DNA from: a virus
Taxonomy: Duplodnaviria > Caudoviricetes
DNA: 64,000 nt
Reading direction: 5' to 3' (one strand)
IMG/VR virus record: IMGVR_UViG_3300030099_003199
Coordinates: 50,847 to 114,846 of that record
A program made the translations under genes and the position numbers. A model generated the notes under the pieces. It searched no databases, was not told the origin of the DNA, and saw only the letters and a list, made by a program, of their open reading frames with translations. Shown piece after piece: positions 8,353 to 16,064 of this stretch (within the stretch, counting starts at the first letter, position 1; every line of letters starts with the position of its first letter).

Positions 8353-9189
8353 ATGGCCATAAAGCGTCAAGTAACAAAAACATTAGTAACAAAAACAAAT
8401 AATAACAGTAGTGATTGCATAGCTCCTAATATAATCTATGGATGTATGGGGGGTTGTGTAAACACTTACTGTTATATGTCTAGATTTAACGGACGTAGAG
8501 TATTTGTTAATACTAATGTTAATGACATATTTAATTCTGTTCTTGCTTGGGAGGCGGGCTATACTAAAGTCCCTAACCAGCAAGATCCAGTATATACAAT
8601 GGTAGACATTGCATGCAACTCAGATTTAGTTCTGATGCAAAAGCATATGCCTGAACCATTACATGATTACCTTAAACGCTTTGATGATCATCCACAACTT
8701 AATAGTACTATGGCTACTAAGTATCCGGGTCTTCTTAAACTTGACGTTAATCATTTTAATAAACCACCTAGAGTAAGAGTAAGTCTTATGCCTCAAGCTT
8801 ATTCAGATGTATTAGAACCTAAGATGCAAAAAATTGAATCTAGAATACAAGATATTAATAGACTTAAGGATTTAGGATGGGAAGTACATTTAAATTTTTC
8901 TCCACTTATATTTATGCCAGGCTGGTCTAAACATTATGATAAGTTATTTAAACGTGTTAAAGAAGTAGCAGGTGAAAATAAATGTGAAGTTATTGCATTG
9001 ACCAATCATGTTAATCAAATGATTAAAGCTAGTGATGAGGCTCGTGAGATTATGAAATATTCTGATGAAGTTAAAAATGGATCAGGAGTGATGCGCTATC
9101 CAATAGCAAAGAAGCATAAACTTTTAGAAATGTTTAAACAAATCTATGCAAACTATTTTGACATAGGAACAATAAGATACATATTCTGA
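8353..9189 (+). CDS. Spore photoproduct lyase (SplB)-like radical SAM protein
   Basis: PNIIYGCMGGCVNTYCYM (CX3CX4C), DIACNSD (cf. SplB CTSD), ATKY, RVRVSLMPQ, VHLNFSP and C-terminal RY motifs. Confidence 0.8.
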   Translation: MAIKRQVTKTLVTKTNNNSSDCIAPNIIYGCMGGCVNTYCYMSRFNGRRVFVNTNVNDIFNSVLAWEAGYTKVPNQQDPVYTMVDIACNSDLVLMQKHMPEPLHDYLKRFDDHPQLNSTMATKYPGLLKLDVNHFNKPPRVRVSLMPQAYSDVLEPKMQKIESRIQDINRLKDLGWEVHLNFSPLIFMPGWSKHYDKLFKRVKEVAGENKCEVIALTNHVNQMIKASDEAREIMKYSDEVKNGSGVMRYPIAKKHKLLEMFKQIYANYFDIGTIRYIF

Positions 9190-9386
9190 TGTATAAAGAA
9201 GATATTAAATTACTTATTAAAAAAGGGTATTGGGTAAGTTGTTATCCTGTCAAAAAAAAATGGGAGATGGTAATATATGAACGCAAGTCAGCCGGATGGG
9301 TAAAAAGAAAAAGAAAACTATTTACCTACCCGGCTGCTGCATATAATTGGGCAATCAATTACTTAGAACCTTTAGTAGATCCTTAA
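9189..9386 (+). CDS. Hypothetical protein
   Basis: 65 aa; TGATG coupling with the upstream gene; last + strand gene before the convergent junction. Confidence 0.65.
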   Translation: MYKEDIKLLIKKGYWVSCYPVKKKWEMVIYERKSAGWVKRKRKLFTYPAAAYNWAINYLEPLVDP

Positions 9387-9802
9387 GCTGATTTAGTCCA
9401 GAATGCGTACTCCATAACTGCAGTAGTAGCAGAACCTTTAAATTGCATATGAGCTGCAGCTTCAAGAGGAATCATTGCAAATTCACCTTTAGCTAATTTA
9501 GCTAGAGGAGATTGTGTTACTGTAGCTGAAGAACCTTCTCCACTACATGTAGCAGTTGCTACAACTTGTGCATGTACTGTTTCGGTTCCAGAAGATGTAT
9601 TCATGATATATAAATATGTATCATTAGTATTTTTAGTACCATTTAAATCATCTAAAGTTGTTGCAAATGATGTTGTTAATGCTGTTGTACCAACTTGAAC
9701 AGCTGGACTTGTTACATTTAAAACTTTTTCTTTAATAATGTTTAAAACGTCACTGGTTGTACCAGTGCCCGTTAGTGTTAATCTACTTGTAATTGTTGCC
9801 AT
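9383..9802 (-). CDS. Hypothetical protein, probably virion-associated beta-rich protein
   Basis: Thr/Ala-rich, beta-strand-like composition (YLYIMNT...LAKGEFAMIP). Confidence 0.65.
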   Translation of the reverse strand: MATITSRLTLTGTGTTSDVLNIIKEKVLNVTSPAVQVGTTALTTSFATTLDDLNGTKNTNDTYLYIMNTSSGTETVHAQVVATATCSGEGSSATVTQSPLAKLAKGEFAMIPLEAAAHMQFKGSATTAVMEYAFWTKSA

Positions 9803-9822
9803 TTTATTTTATTTTTAAATTG

Positions 9823-10095
9823 TTACCTTTTTTTCCTTGTTTTAGGATAGTTTCTTTTACTACCTTTTACTCTGCTCTTTTCTTTTTTACCTCGGTTTTT
9901 AGAAGCTGACATTGCTACAGTCTTCTTAGACCTTGGTCCATTTGGATGATGAAGATCTTTTCCATCACCTTTACGTACTTTACCTACTTTAAGTCCTTCT
10001 CTACGTGCTTTATTTCTAGCCGCTCTATCTTTTTTAGATTTAGTAGAAGACTGAAACTTCTTATATTCTTTTTTATAGTTTCTTTTAGCAGGCAT
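9823..10095 (-). CDS. Small basic HNH-like protein
   Basis: RNYKKEY...RAARNKARR...VRKGDGKDLHH...SKNRG pattern typical of small phage HNH-like proteins. Confidence 0.65.
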   Translation of the reverse strand: MPAKRNYKKEYKKFQSSTKSKKDRAARNKARREGLKVGKVRKGDGKDLHHPNGPRSKKTVAMSASKNRGKKEKSRVKGSKRNYPKTRKKR

Positions 10096-10104
10096 AATAT
10101 ATTA

Positions 10105-10117
10105 TAATATACTAAAA
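10105..10117 (-). promoter_or_regulatory. Putative phage promoter motif TTTTAGTATATTA
   Basis: 9 nt upstream of ATG 10095; identical copy at 53185-53197, near-copy at 20225-20237. Confidence 0.5.
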
Positions 10118-10273
10118 TTCAAGCTCAAATCCTAGATTAAAAATCATAAACCTAAGTCTAGCTGCATTTATTGTAAGTTCTAATGCAGTAAAAGTTCCAA
10201 TTCTAATCTCTACTTTATAAATCTCACTTTTATTATTAGATTTATAACTATTTATCCAATTTATTTTTTTCAT
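10112..10273 (-). CDS. Small hypothetical protein (53 aa)
   Basis: MKKINWINSYKSNNKSEIYKVEIRIGTFTALELTINAARLRFMIFNLGFELEF; fills the gap between co-oriented genes. Confidence 0.65.
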   Translation of the reverse strand: MKKINWINSYKSNNKSEIYKVEIRIGTFTALELTINAARLRFMIFNLGFELEF

Positions 10274-10274
10274 T

Positions 10275-10646
10275 CTATTTTCTTTTTCCTCCGTGGTATG
10301 CTACTGCATGACCTTCAGAGATTAATAAATCATTTACACAGATCATGGTGAGTTTATCAGATCCATCTACTCTATCAATTGATAGTTTACCTAGACATCT
10401 TCCAAACTTACCTACACCTTGTGAATCTAAAAGTATTTTATCACATCCTTCTAATAGAGTTTTAAGTCTATCCTTAGCTGCAAGACCTTTTTTCTTTTCT
10501 TCAAGGTCTCTTGTTCTTGACTCAGGAGTATTAATACCAGCAAGTCTTATACGTTTTTTAACTTTTACACTAAAACCTAAATCAATATAAGCATCAATAG
10601 TATCTCCATCAATAACTCTAATTAAGTCAATCTGATAAGAATACAT
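10275..10646 (-). CDS. Thermonuclease (staphylococcal nuclease-like)
   Basis: RVIDGDTID, IRLAGINTPE, GKFGRCLG, VNDLLISEGHA. Confidence 0.9.
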   Translation of the reverse strand: MYSYQIDLIRVIDGDTIDAYIDLGFSVKVKKRIRLAGINTPESRTRDLEEKKKGLAAKDRLKTLLEGCDKILLDSQGVGKFGRCLGKLSIDRVDGSDKLTMICVNDLLISEGHAVAYHGGKRK

Positions 10647-10651
10647 TTTTA

Positions 10652-10720
10652 TTAGCTGTTGTGAGAACCATCACAGTTCCCATTTTCATCTTTTGTTTTA
10701 CCACATACACATTGTGCCAT
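10652..10720 (-). CDS. CDGSH-type iron-sulfur micro-protein (22 aa)
   Basis: MAQCVCGKTKDENGNCDGSHNS; TAATG coupling to the upstream holin stop; ends 5 nt before the nuclease ATG. Confidence 0.75.
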   Translation of the reverse strand: MAQCVCGKTKDENGNCDGSHNS

Positions 10721-11112
10721 TATTTCTTTGTTTTTTCTAATGATCGTCCACCAAAATAGGCACCAATCACAGTGATTAATACTAATTGTAATAGATCAGT
10801 CCATTTAGCTTCAACAACAAAGTTAATAACACCTGCATCAATAAATATTAATAGCACTGTGCTTACAACCAAGAATGCTAAAGTTAATGGTCTAATATTT
10901 TTAGATAGCCATGAGTCAGACTTCATATCTGCTTGCCATCTGGAAGTTATTTCTTTTTCCATTTGGACCTCATAAGTAGCTACAAGTTCTTTCATTTTTT
11001 GTTTAGCAGCTAGCTTTTCTTCATCTGAAGTGTGTAGTCCATCAATGACACCACCAACACTTTCAACAAGATCTTTAGCTCCTCCACTAAATATAGTTCC
11101 TAGTATGCTCAT
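10720..11112 (-). CDS. Holin-like membrane protein (3TM/GTA-type holin family)
   Basis: RWQADMKSDSWLSKNIRPL followed by two TM helices and GAYFGGRS.EK. ATG 11112 preferred over GTG 11130. Confidence 0.75.
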   Translation of the reverse strand: MSILGTIFSGGAKDLVESVGGVIDGLHTSDEEKLAAKQKMKELVATYEVQMEKEITSRWQADMKSDSWLSKNIRPLTLAFLVVSTVLLIFIDAGVINFVVEAKWTDLLQLVLITVIGAYFGGRSLEKTKK

Positions 11113-11113
11113 C

Positions 11114-11290
11114 TTATCTTTCTCCACCACATCCGCAGCCTTTTGATGTTTTTCTTGGCTTTGGTGCTCTAGTTGTTAATTTAGTCAATAAACTTCTTTG
11201 ACCTCCATTTTTACCTACAGGTAATGCTTTGTTAGATTTACTATAACTACCACCACTCCCGTATGTTTTCATTTTATATGTTCCTGGCAT
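11114..11290 (-). CDS. Small basic protein (58 aa) with xxGG linker-like motifs and C-terminal GCGCGG
   Basis: MPGTYKMKTYGSGGSYSKSNKALPVGKNGGQRSLLTKLTTRAPKPRKTSKGCGCGGER. Confidence 0.65.
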   Translation of the reverse strand: MPGTYKMKTYGSGGSYSKSNKALPVGKNGGQRSLLTKLTTRAPKPRKTSKGCGCGGER

Positions 11291-11294
11291 AATA

Positions 11295-11387
11295 TTATTT
11301 TTTTAAGCAGCAGTCTGGTCCACACCAGCCTAAGCATACTTTATTAAACGTTATCTTACATAATAAAATACAAATAAATTTCTTCAT
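11295..11387 (-). CDS. Cys-rich micro-protein (30 aa, 6 Cys)
   Basis: MKKFICILLCKITFNKVCLGWCGPDCCLKK; fills the gap between co-oriented genes with 4-nt spacers. Confidence 0.6.
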   Translation of the reverse strand: MKKFICILLCKITFNKVCLGWCGPDCCLKK

Positions 11388-11391
11388 AACC

Positions 11392-11625
11392 TTAAGATTT
11401 TTTAATTTTTTCAAATGCACTAATACCAAAACACCCTAATGTTACCATAACAAAGGAGTTATATATAGTGTCGTTAATTTCTAATTCTCCTCCTCCTACG
11501 TATCCCATATACATAACTGCAGTACCTAAATCTATAATAGCAAACAGTACCATAACAGCAAAAGATATAAATCCAACTACATTTTTTTCATTTATATCAT
11601 TTTTATCTTTAAACAATTTCCACAT
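11392..11625 (-). CDS. Two-TM membrane protein (holin-like)
   Basis: INEKNVVGFISFAVMVLFAIIDL...IYNSFVMVTLGCFGISAFEK. Start 11625 avoids a large overlap with the upstream gene. Confidence 0.65.
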   Translation of the reverse strand: MWKLFKDKNDINEKNVVGFISFAVMVLFAIIDLGTAVMYMGYVGGGELEINDTIYNSFVMVTLGCFGISAFEKIKKS

Positions 11626-11627
11626 AA

Positions 11628-12062
11628 TTATCTTCTTTGTATTACATCTAAATATCCATCTTCTTTTTCTCCAGTAACTGTATCTATCCATACAGCAACT
11701 ATAGGTTCATTAGTGGGATCTCCACATTCAAATGTCATATAATCCATATAAACATCCTTTAAAGAAAGCGTTGCACCTAAAGGAATCTCTGTATTATATT
11801 GTAACATCAATGCTATATCAGGAGGATTTAATTCAGTTGTTAAAACTCCTCCAGAAAAAGATGCTCTATTAAATACAGCTACATGTATAGTACAAGGGCC
11901 TGCTCCTATGTTTGTAAATGTTACTTCTTTAAATTTAGCAGTGTCAGCATTATTAGGAGACACAGGAGTAACTGATGAGCCACATTTATCAATGGCTGTC
12001 CATTCACGAACTTTTAATACTCTTGTTCCTAATGCATGTACGGGATTTACTGTTACTGCCAT
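11628..12062 (-). CDS. Hypothetical protein (beta-rich, possibly structural)
   Basis: 144-aa ORF; VTFTNIG...IPLGATLSL pattern. Confidence 0.65.
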   Translation of the reverse strand: MAVTVNPVHALGTRVLKVREWTAIDKCGSSVTPVSPNNADTAKFKEVTFTNIGAGPCTIHVAVFNRASFSGGVLTTELNPPDIALMLQYNTEIPLGATLSLKDVYMDYMTFECGDPTNEPIVAVWIDTVTGEKEDGYLDVIQRR

Positions 12063-12074
12063 AATTTATTATTT

Positions 12075-12755
12075 TTATGTTGTTGTTGCTGCAAAATCAC
12101 TACTCATGTCCATGATCTTATATGTAATCCTAAAATAATAATCATCGTCTGGAGTTTGATTATAAGTTACTAATTGACCATATGTATTTGCATTTTGAGG
12201 TCTAAGTAATAATGGAACATTAGGATATGCTCTTGTTTGAGTTACTGGGGCATCTCTTACTATAATAGTATCAACTGCAGTACTTGTATTAAATACATTA
12301 TTAATTGTATGATTTAACATTTTCTTTTGAAGAGTTCCATAAGTGTTCCATTCAAAATTTGCTTGTGAAGAAGGAGTTTTAATTGCAAGTAATAAATTAC
12401 CACCCCAACCTCTAACTTGACCTCCACTCATTGGTGACCAAGTTCCTCTATCAATAAATACTTCAAGCTCTCTTACTACAATAACTTTATTAGCTCCAGG
12501 TGCAGGAATTAAAGTAATAAAAGTAGCTTCTGCAGTTGTCATAGCTTTAGCTTGAGCTCCTGTTACTTTTTTTACAATAACTTTTGAATCTTGAATTAAT
12601 GTTCCATCTTCAGAAAAACCAGCTGTTGTTCTAGTAGAAGTAGTATTTGGAAAACTTGCAGCATTTTTTAGAGTTAACTTTAAATCTTTTTCTGCAAAAA
12701 TAGTATTTCTAAAACGGGCAATTATATCTACAATATGTTCACCTATCCAGTTCAT
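12075..12755 (-). CDS. Hypothetical protein (possible tail fibre/virion protein)
   Basis: 226 aa; TLIPAPGANKVIVV...FRITYKI beta-sandwich-like C-terminal part. Confidence 0.6.
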   Translation of the reverse strand: MNWIGEHIVDIIARFRNTIFAEKDLKLTLKNAASFPNTTSTRTTAGFSEDGTLIQDSKVIVKKVTGAQAKAMTTAEATFITLIPAPGANKVIVVRELEVFIDRGTWSPMSGGQVRGWGGNLLLAIKTPSSQANFEWNTYGTLQKKMLNHTINNVFNTSTAVDTIIVRDAPVTQTRAYPNVPLLLRPQNANTYGQLVTYNQTPDDDYYFRITYKIMDMSSDFAATTT

Positions 12756-12937
12756 TTCTTTTTACGTTTTTTAGCAATTTTCTTAAGTGTTTTAGCAAAT
12801 CTGCATCTATAACCAGCCTTTTTGCTAGGCGGGTTCTTACAGTATTGTGCTATAGTCATACCTTTACGCTTAGCAGCAGCAGTTAGTGAGCCAGGCTTTT
12901 TTATAGCTTTTTTTATGTCTAATCTTTTCTTTGCCAT
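12752..12937 (-). CDS. Small highly basic protein
   Basis: IKKPGSLTAAAKRKGMT...RCRFAKTLKK; TAATG-coupled start at 12937. Confidence 0.7.
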   Translation of the reverse strand: MAKKRLDIKKAIKKPGSLTAAAKRKGMTIAQYCKNPPSKKAGYRCRFAKTLKKIAKKRKKK

Positions 12938-13200
12938 TAGCACTTCCAGCGTCTTCTTGCTTTACAAATTCTTTTATCTGGAGTTTTACTACAGTTAACG
13001 TTATGCATTCTCATCTGACCAGCTGATCTAGCGCAGTATGATTTTTTACGTTTACCTCCTCCAGGTTGTGGAGCTTTAAGTTTAGAGCCAGTTTTTCTAT
13101 TAATCATTCTACGGCCCTTAGCAGTAAGGCCACCTTTTTTACTCTTACAACCATTCTTGATTGTACAGCCTTTCATTGCACCTTTCTTTTTACTTGCCAT
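12937..13200 (-). CDS. Small highly basic protein (DUF6321-like)
   Basis: GGLTAKGR...KLKAP...RKKSYCARSAG...ARRRWKC. Confidence 0.7.
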   Translation of the reverse strand: MASKKKGAMKGCTIKNGCKSKKGGLTAKGRRMINRKTGSKLKAPQPGGGKRKKSYCARSAGQMRMHNVNCSKTPDKRICKARRRWKC

Positions 13201-13430
13201 TATTTTCCAACTTTTTTCTGTGCCATTTTATGAGAAGCTCCAAATGATGCACCTTTTTTCATAGCGTCAACCATCATTTTTATATGCTTCTTTGTATGAT
13301 GCACAGAATGTTTTTCTAATGTTTTTTGTTGTCTCATTGTTAATGAGCATACATCAACACCTTTTACTTTACCTATACATGCAGCCTTTTTTTGACCACC
13401 TTTCTTGTAATATTCTCTCATTTTTGCCAT
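13200..13430 (-). CDS. Small basic His-rich protein
   Basis: LTMRQQKTLEKHSVHHTKKH...F..SHKMAQKKVGK; N-terminal YYKKGGQ. Confidence 0.7.
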   Translation of the reverse strand: MAKMREYYKKGGQKKAACIGKVKGVDVCSLTMRQQKTLEKHSVHHTKKHIKMMVDAMKKGASFGASHKMAQKKVGK

Positions 13431-13434
13431 AATT

Positions 13435-13713
13435 TTACTTTTTTTTAGATTTAGATTTTGTTTTACGTTTCTTAATAGAGCTAGTTCTACGTCCCATACC
13501 TACTCTTTTCTTCTCTGCAACAGCTTTAGCTTTTTGTGACTTAGATAAAGAGCCCCATGTACGTGGTGTTTTGCTTGACACACGTTTAGTAGGTCTACAC
13601 TTTTTAGTGTTCTTATTCTTAGATGATCCACAAGGGTTACCTTTCTCATCTTTCCACTTCTCTTTAAACCAACGTTTAAGAGCTGCTCCTTTTGCTGTTT
13701 TTCTAACTGCCAT
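13435..13713 (-). CDS. Small highly basic protein (LKRWFKEKW motif)
   Basis: LKRWFKEKWKDEKGNPCG...KCRPTKRVSSKTPRT. Confidence 0.7.
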   Translation of the reverse strand: MAVRKTAKGAALKRWFKEKWKDEKGNPCGSSKNKNTKKCRPTKRVSSKTPRTWGSLSKSQKAKAVAEKKRVGMGRRTSSIKKRKTKSKSKKK

Positions 13714-13850
13714 TATTTTATTTTACCTCTACGTTTTCTACACTTAGCAATATATCCGCTAGCATAAGCACTAGGAAATACTCTGTACTTAGCTTTAGCT
13801 TTGTGATAACATGCATCTTTTTTACTTTTTGTTTTTTTCTTCTTAGCCAT
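13713..13850 (-). CDS. Small highly basic protein (45 aa, PSAYASG motif)
   Basis: MAKKKKTKSKKDACYHKAKAKYRVFPSAYASGYIAKCRKRRGKIK; TAATG-coupled to the next gene. Confidence 0.75.
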   Translation of the reverse strand: MAKKKKTKSKKDACYHKAKAKYRVFPSAYASGYIAKCRKRRGKIK

Positions 13851-13852
13851 AA

Positions 13853-14905
13853 TTAAAACACTTTATAGTTAATACCAAATTTAAAATCATACCATTCTCT
13901 GTCCCAGTATTTATTATACTTACCCTCTACAAATGCACCAAGATTTCTTGTTACTTTATAGCCAAAGATCATACCGCCAGAATAATCATACCATTGCTCA
14001 CCATCATTAAAATTGTGATAAGAATATTCACCTCCATCGTTATAGTGATAGGGTAGTATATTACCCCAGGCATGTAACCATATATCTTTATTATAAGTAT
14101 AATAATCAAAACCTATAATAAGAGAATGTACCCACTGATTAGGTAATTTGTCTCTCTCAGCAGCAACATAGTTAACTAACATTTCAGGAACTGCTACAGC
14201 TTCCCATACTTCTTTACTAGTTGCTACAGATGCTCCATCAGGATTAAAGTATTCTGCCCCGCCTTCACCATCAAACTCTATAGTGTATCCTTGATCTAGG
14301 GCCAATTGTGTATAATGCAATGATCCATTAGAAAGCATCCATTGCTCAAGCGGATTAAATCCATAGGGTTCTGATATTCTCTGACATGCCCCCACGTTAA
14401 AAGAGAGTTTACCCTTTGAATTTAACCTTAATCTTTGTGACGCTTGATAATATTCTATATCTGCAAAACCGTCTTGCATAAACTCTACACGTGTCATCCA
14501 CTTAGTAGTATTGTATCGTAAGAAGTGATTTTGATTGACAAACTCTTTACCCTGTTGTCTCGCATAATCAATCTCAAATAAATACTCAAAACCTTTCTTT
14601 ACTCTTCCTATAGTAGCTGCATCGTTAAATGATGTCTCTGTTCCATCTTTAAATGGTAATTGTGGTTCGTATTGAAATCTCTGAATCTTTCTAATCCCAA
14701 ACGTTAACGTATAATTATAAGGAGTTTCTACTACTTCATTTAATAAAGTTCCTGTAGCTACATCGTATACTATTTGATCTGATATTGAATTACCTCCATT
14801 AACAGATGAGTATAAAGTAGAATATTTAAAAAAATCTTTAAATACTTGACCGTTAGCTGTAAAACTAAAACAGAATAATAATATGAAAATAATTGTTCTT
14901 ATCAT
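13853..14905 (-). CDS. Predicted outer-membrane beta-barrel protein
   Basis: Sec signal peptide MIRTIIFILLFCFSFTANG|Q; alternating aromatic/polar strands; C-terminal beta-signal FKFGINYKVF. Confidence 0.7.
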   Translation of the reverse strand: MIRTIIFILLFCFSFTANGQVFKDFFKYSTLYSSVNGGNSISDQIVYDVATGTLLNEVVETPYNYTLTFGIRKIQRFQYEPQLPFKDGTETSFNDAATIGRVKKGFEYLFEIDYARQQGKEFVNQNHFLRYNTTKWMTRVEFMQDGFADIEYYQASQRLRLNSKGKLSFNVGACQRISEPYGFNPLEQWMLSNGSLHYTQLALDQGYTIEFDGEGGAEYFNPDGASVATSKEVWEAVAVPEMLVNYVAAERDKLPNQWVHSLIIGFDYYTYNKDIWLHAWGNILPYHYNDGGEYSYHNFNDGEQWYDYSGGMIFGYKVTRNLGAFVEGKYNKYWDREWYDFKFGINYKVF

Positions 14906-14908
14906 AAT

Positions 14909-15703
14909 TTAAATAGGAAAGTTGTATTTGTTTGTTATATATGCATGCAATTGAGCAATTTCAGCATCTGTTAATGCAGCTTTATATAACATAAATTCAT
15001 AAATTTTACCTTTATAGTATTGACCTGCAGTATTTGCTTTACCAACAAATAAATTACTTACTGTATTAACTGGATCACCAGTTATAGCTCCTGGAGAATT
15101 AGGAGATATGCCATTAAATATAACTTCAACTTCATCATTAACATTGTCAACCCTTTGTATAGCAACACCAAAATCTTTTTCAGTTGTTCCTACAGGATTA
15201 ATAGAATCAGAAGCTTGTCCACCTTGAGCATAAACAGTACCTATTAAAACATCACCACTCCATCTAAACGCATAACCATTAGGAGTTCTACCACCAGTTA
15301 TACCTGATACACCAGACTCTTGATCATTATCTTGAACTACAACTAAAGTATAATCTTCACCATAAGGCACTGAAATATTACCATTATCTCCATCAACTAA
15401 CGTATATGCTTTGTCAGTATTAGTATCATGTAAAGAATAACTTAAATTATTTTGGCCGTTTGTACCACTTAATTCAGGCTCTTGACCGGCAGTAGAAATA
15501 AGTTTATAATCATTCCAAGGTACTACAGTTGCTTTATTATCAATTGACTCTATAAGACTACCTGACAAAGCTACTGTATTTCTATCAGTCCAATCAAACC
15601 ATAGCACATTAGTACCCGCAGGTCCTACTTCACCTGGAGATGATGGAGCTCCTTCAAAGTAAGGAACTTTAGTTATTGGTAATCCTAATCCTAATATATC
15701 CAT
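14909..15703 (-). CDS. LamG/concanavalin A-like lectin domain protein (likely tail fibre/receptor-binding)
   Basis: LWFDWTD ... LFVG ... YYKGKIYEFMLYKAALTDAEIAQLHAYITNKY; N-terminal LGLGLPI. Confidence 0.75.
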   Translation of the reverse strand: MDILGLGLPITKVPYFEGAPSSPGEVGPAGTNVLWFDWTDRNTVALSGSLIESIDNKATVVPWNDYKLISTAGQEPELSGTNGQNNLSYSLHDTNTDKAYTLVDGDNGNISVPYGEDYTLVVVQDNDQESGVSGITGGRTPNGYAFRWSGDVLIGTVYAQGGQASDSINPVGTTEKDFGVAIQRVDNVNDEVEVIFNGISPNSPGAITGDPVNTVSNLFVGKANTAGQYYKGKIYEFMLYKAALTDAEIAQLHAYITNKYNFPI

Positions 15704-16062
15704 TATCCTTCTGCCTCTGTTCTAGTACTTCTTCTAGCGTAAGCTAAACATTTTCCAGACTTTATAACTAGTGTTCCTGCACTAATATATACTGTTAATC
15801 CTTTTGGTATTGTTATATCTGATGTATTAGTTAATGTAAGACCTAATACTCCTGCAGCAAGAGCAGCATCTCTCATTGCTACATTCCATTTAGAGTTTGT
15901 ACCATCAAGAACTGTATCTTCTAGAGCAGTTATAGCAAAAAATCCTTTACTAGTATCTGCTCTATATTTTTTATTAGCAGTATCTATATAAACAACAGTT
16001 CCAGGCTGTAAAGCTTCTGTTGTTTCTTCTTGTAATTTTGTTATATCCTTATCTATTTTCAT
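15703..16062 (-). CDS. Hypothetical protein (possibly structural)
   Basis: FFAITALEDT...ITIPKGLTVY...SGKCLAY pattern. Confidence 0.65.
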   Translation of the reverse strand: MKIDKDITKLQEETTEALQPGTVVYIDTANKKYRADTSKGFFAITALEDTVLDGTNSKWNVAMRDAALAAGVLGLTLTNTSDITIPKGLTVYISAGTLVIKSGKCLAYARRSTRTEAEG

Positions 16063-16064
16063 AA

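Noticed and set aside
11355-11378. Additional copy of the promoter motif (TTTGTATTTTATTATGTAAG on -)
   Set aside because: Degenerate and lies inside the Cys-rich micro-ORF 11295-11387; explained by coding sequence.
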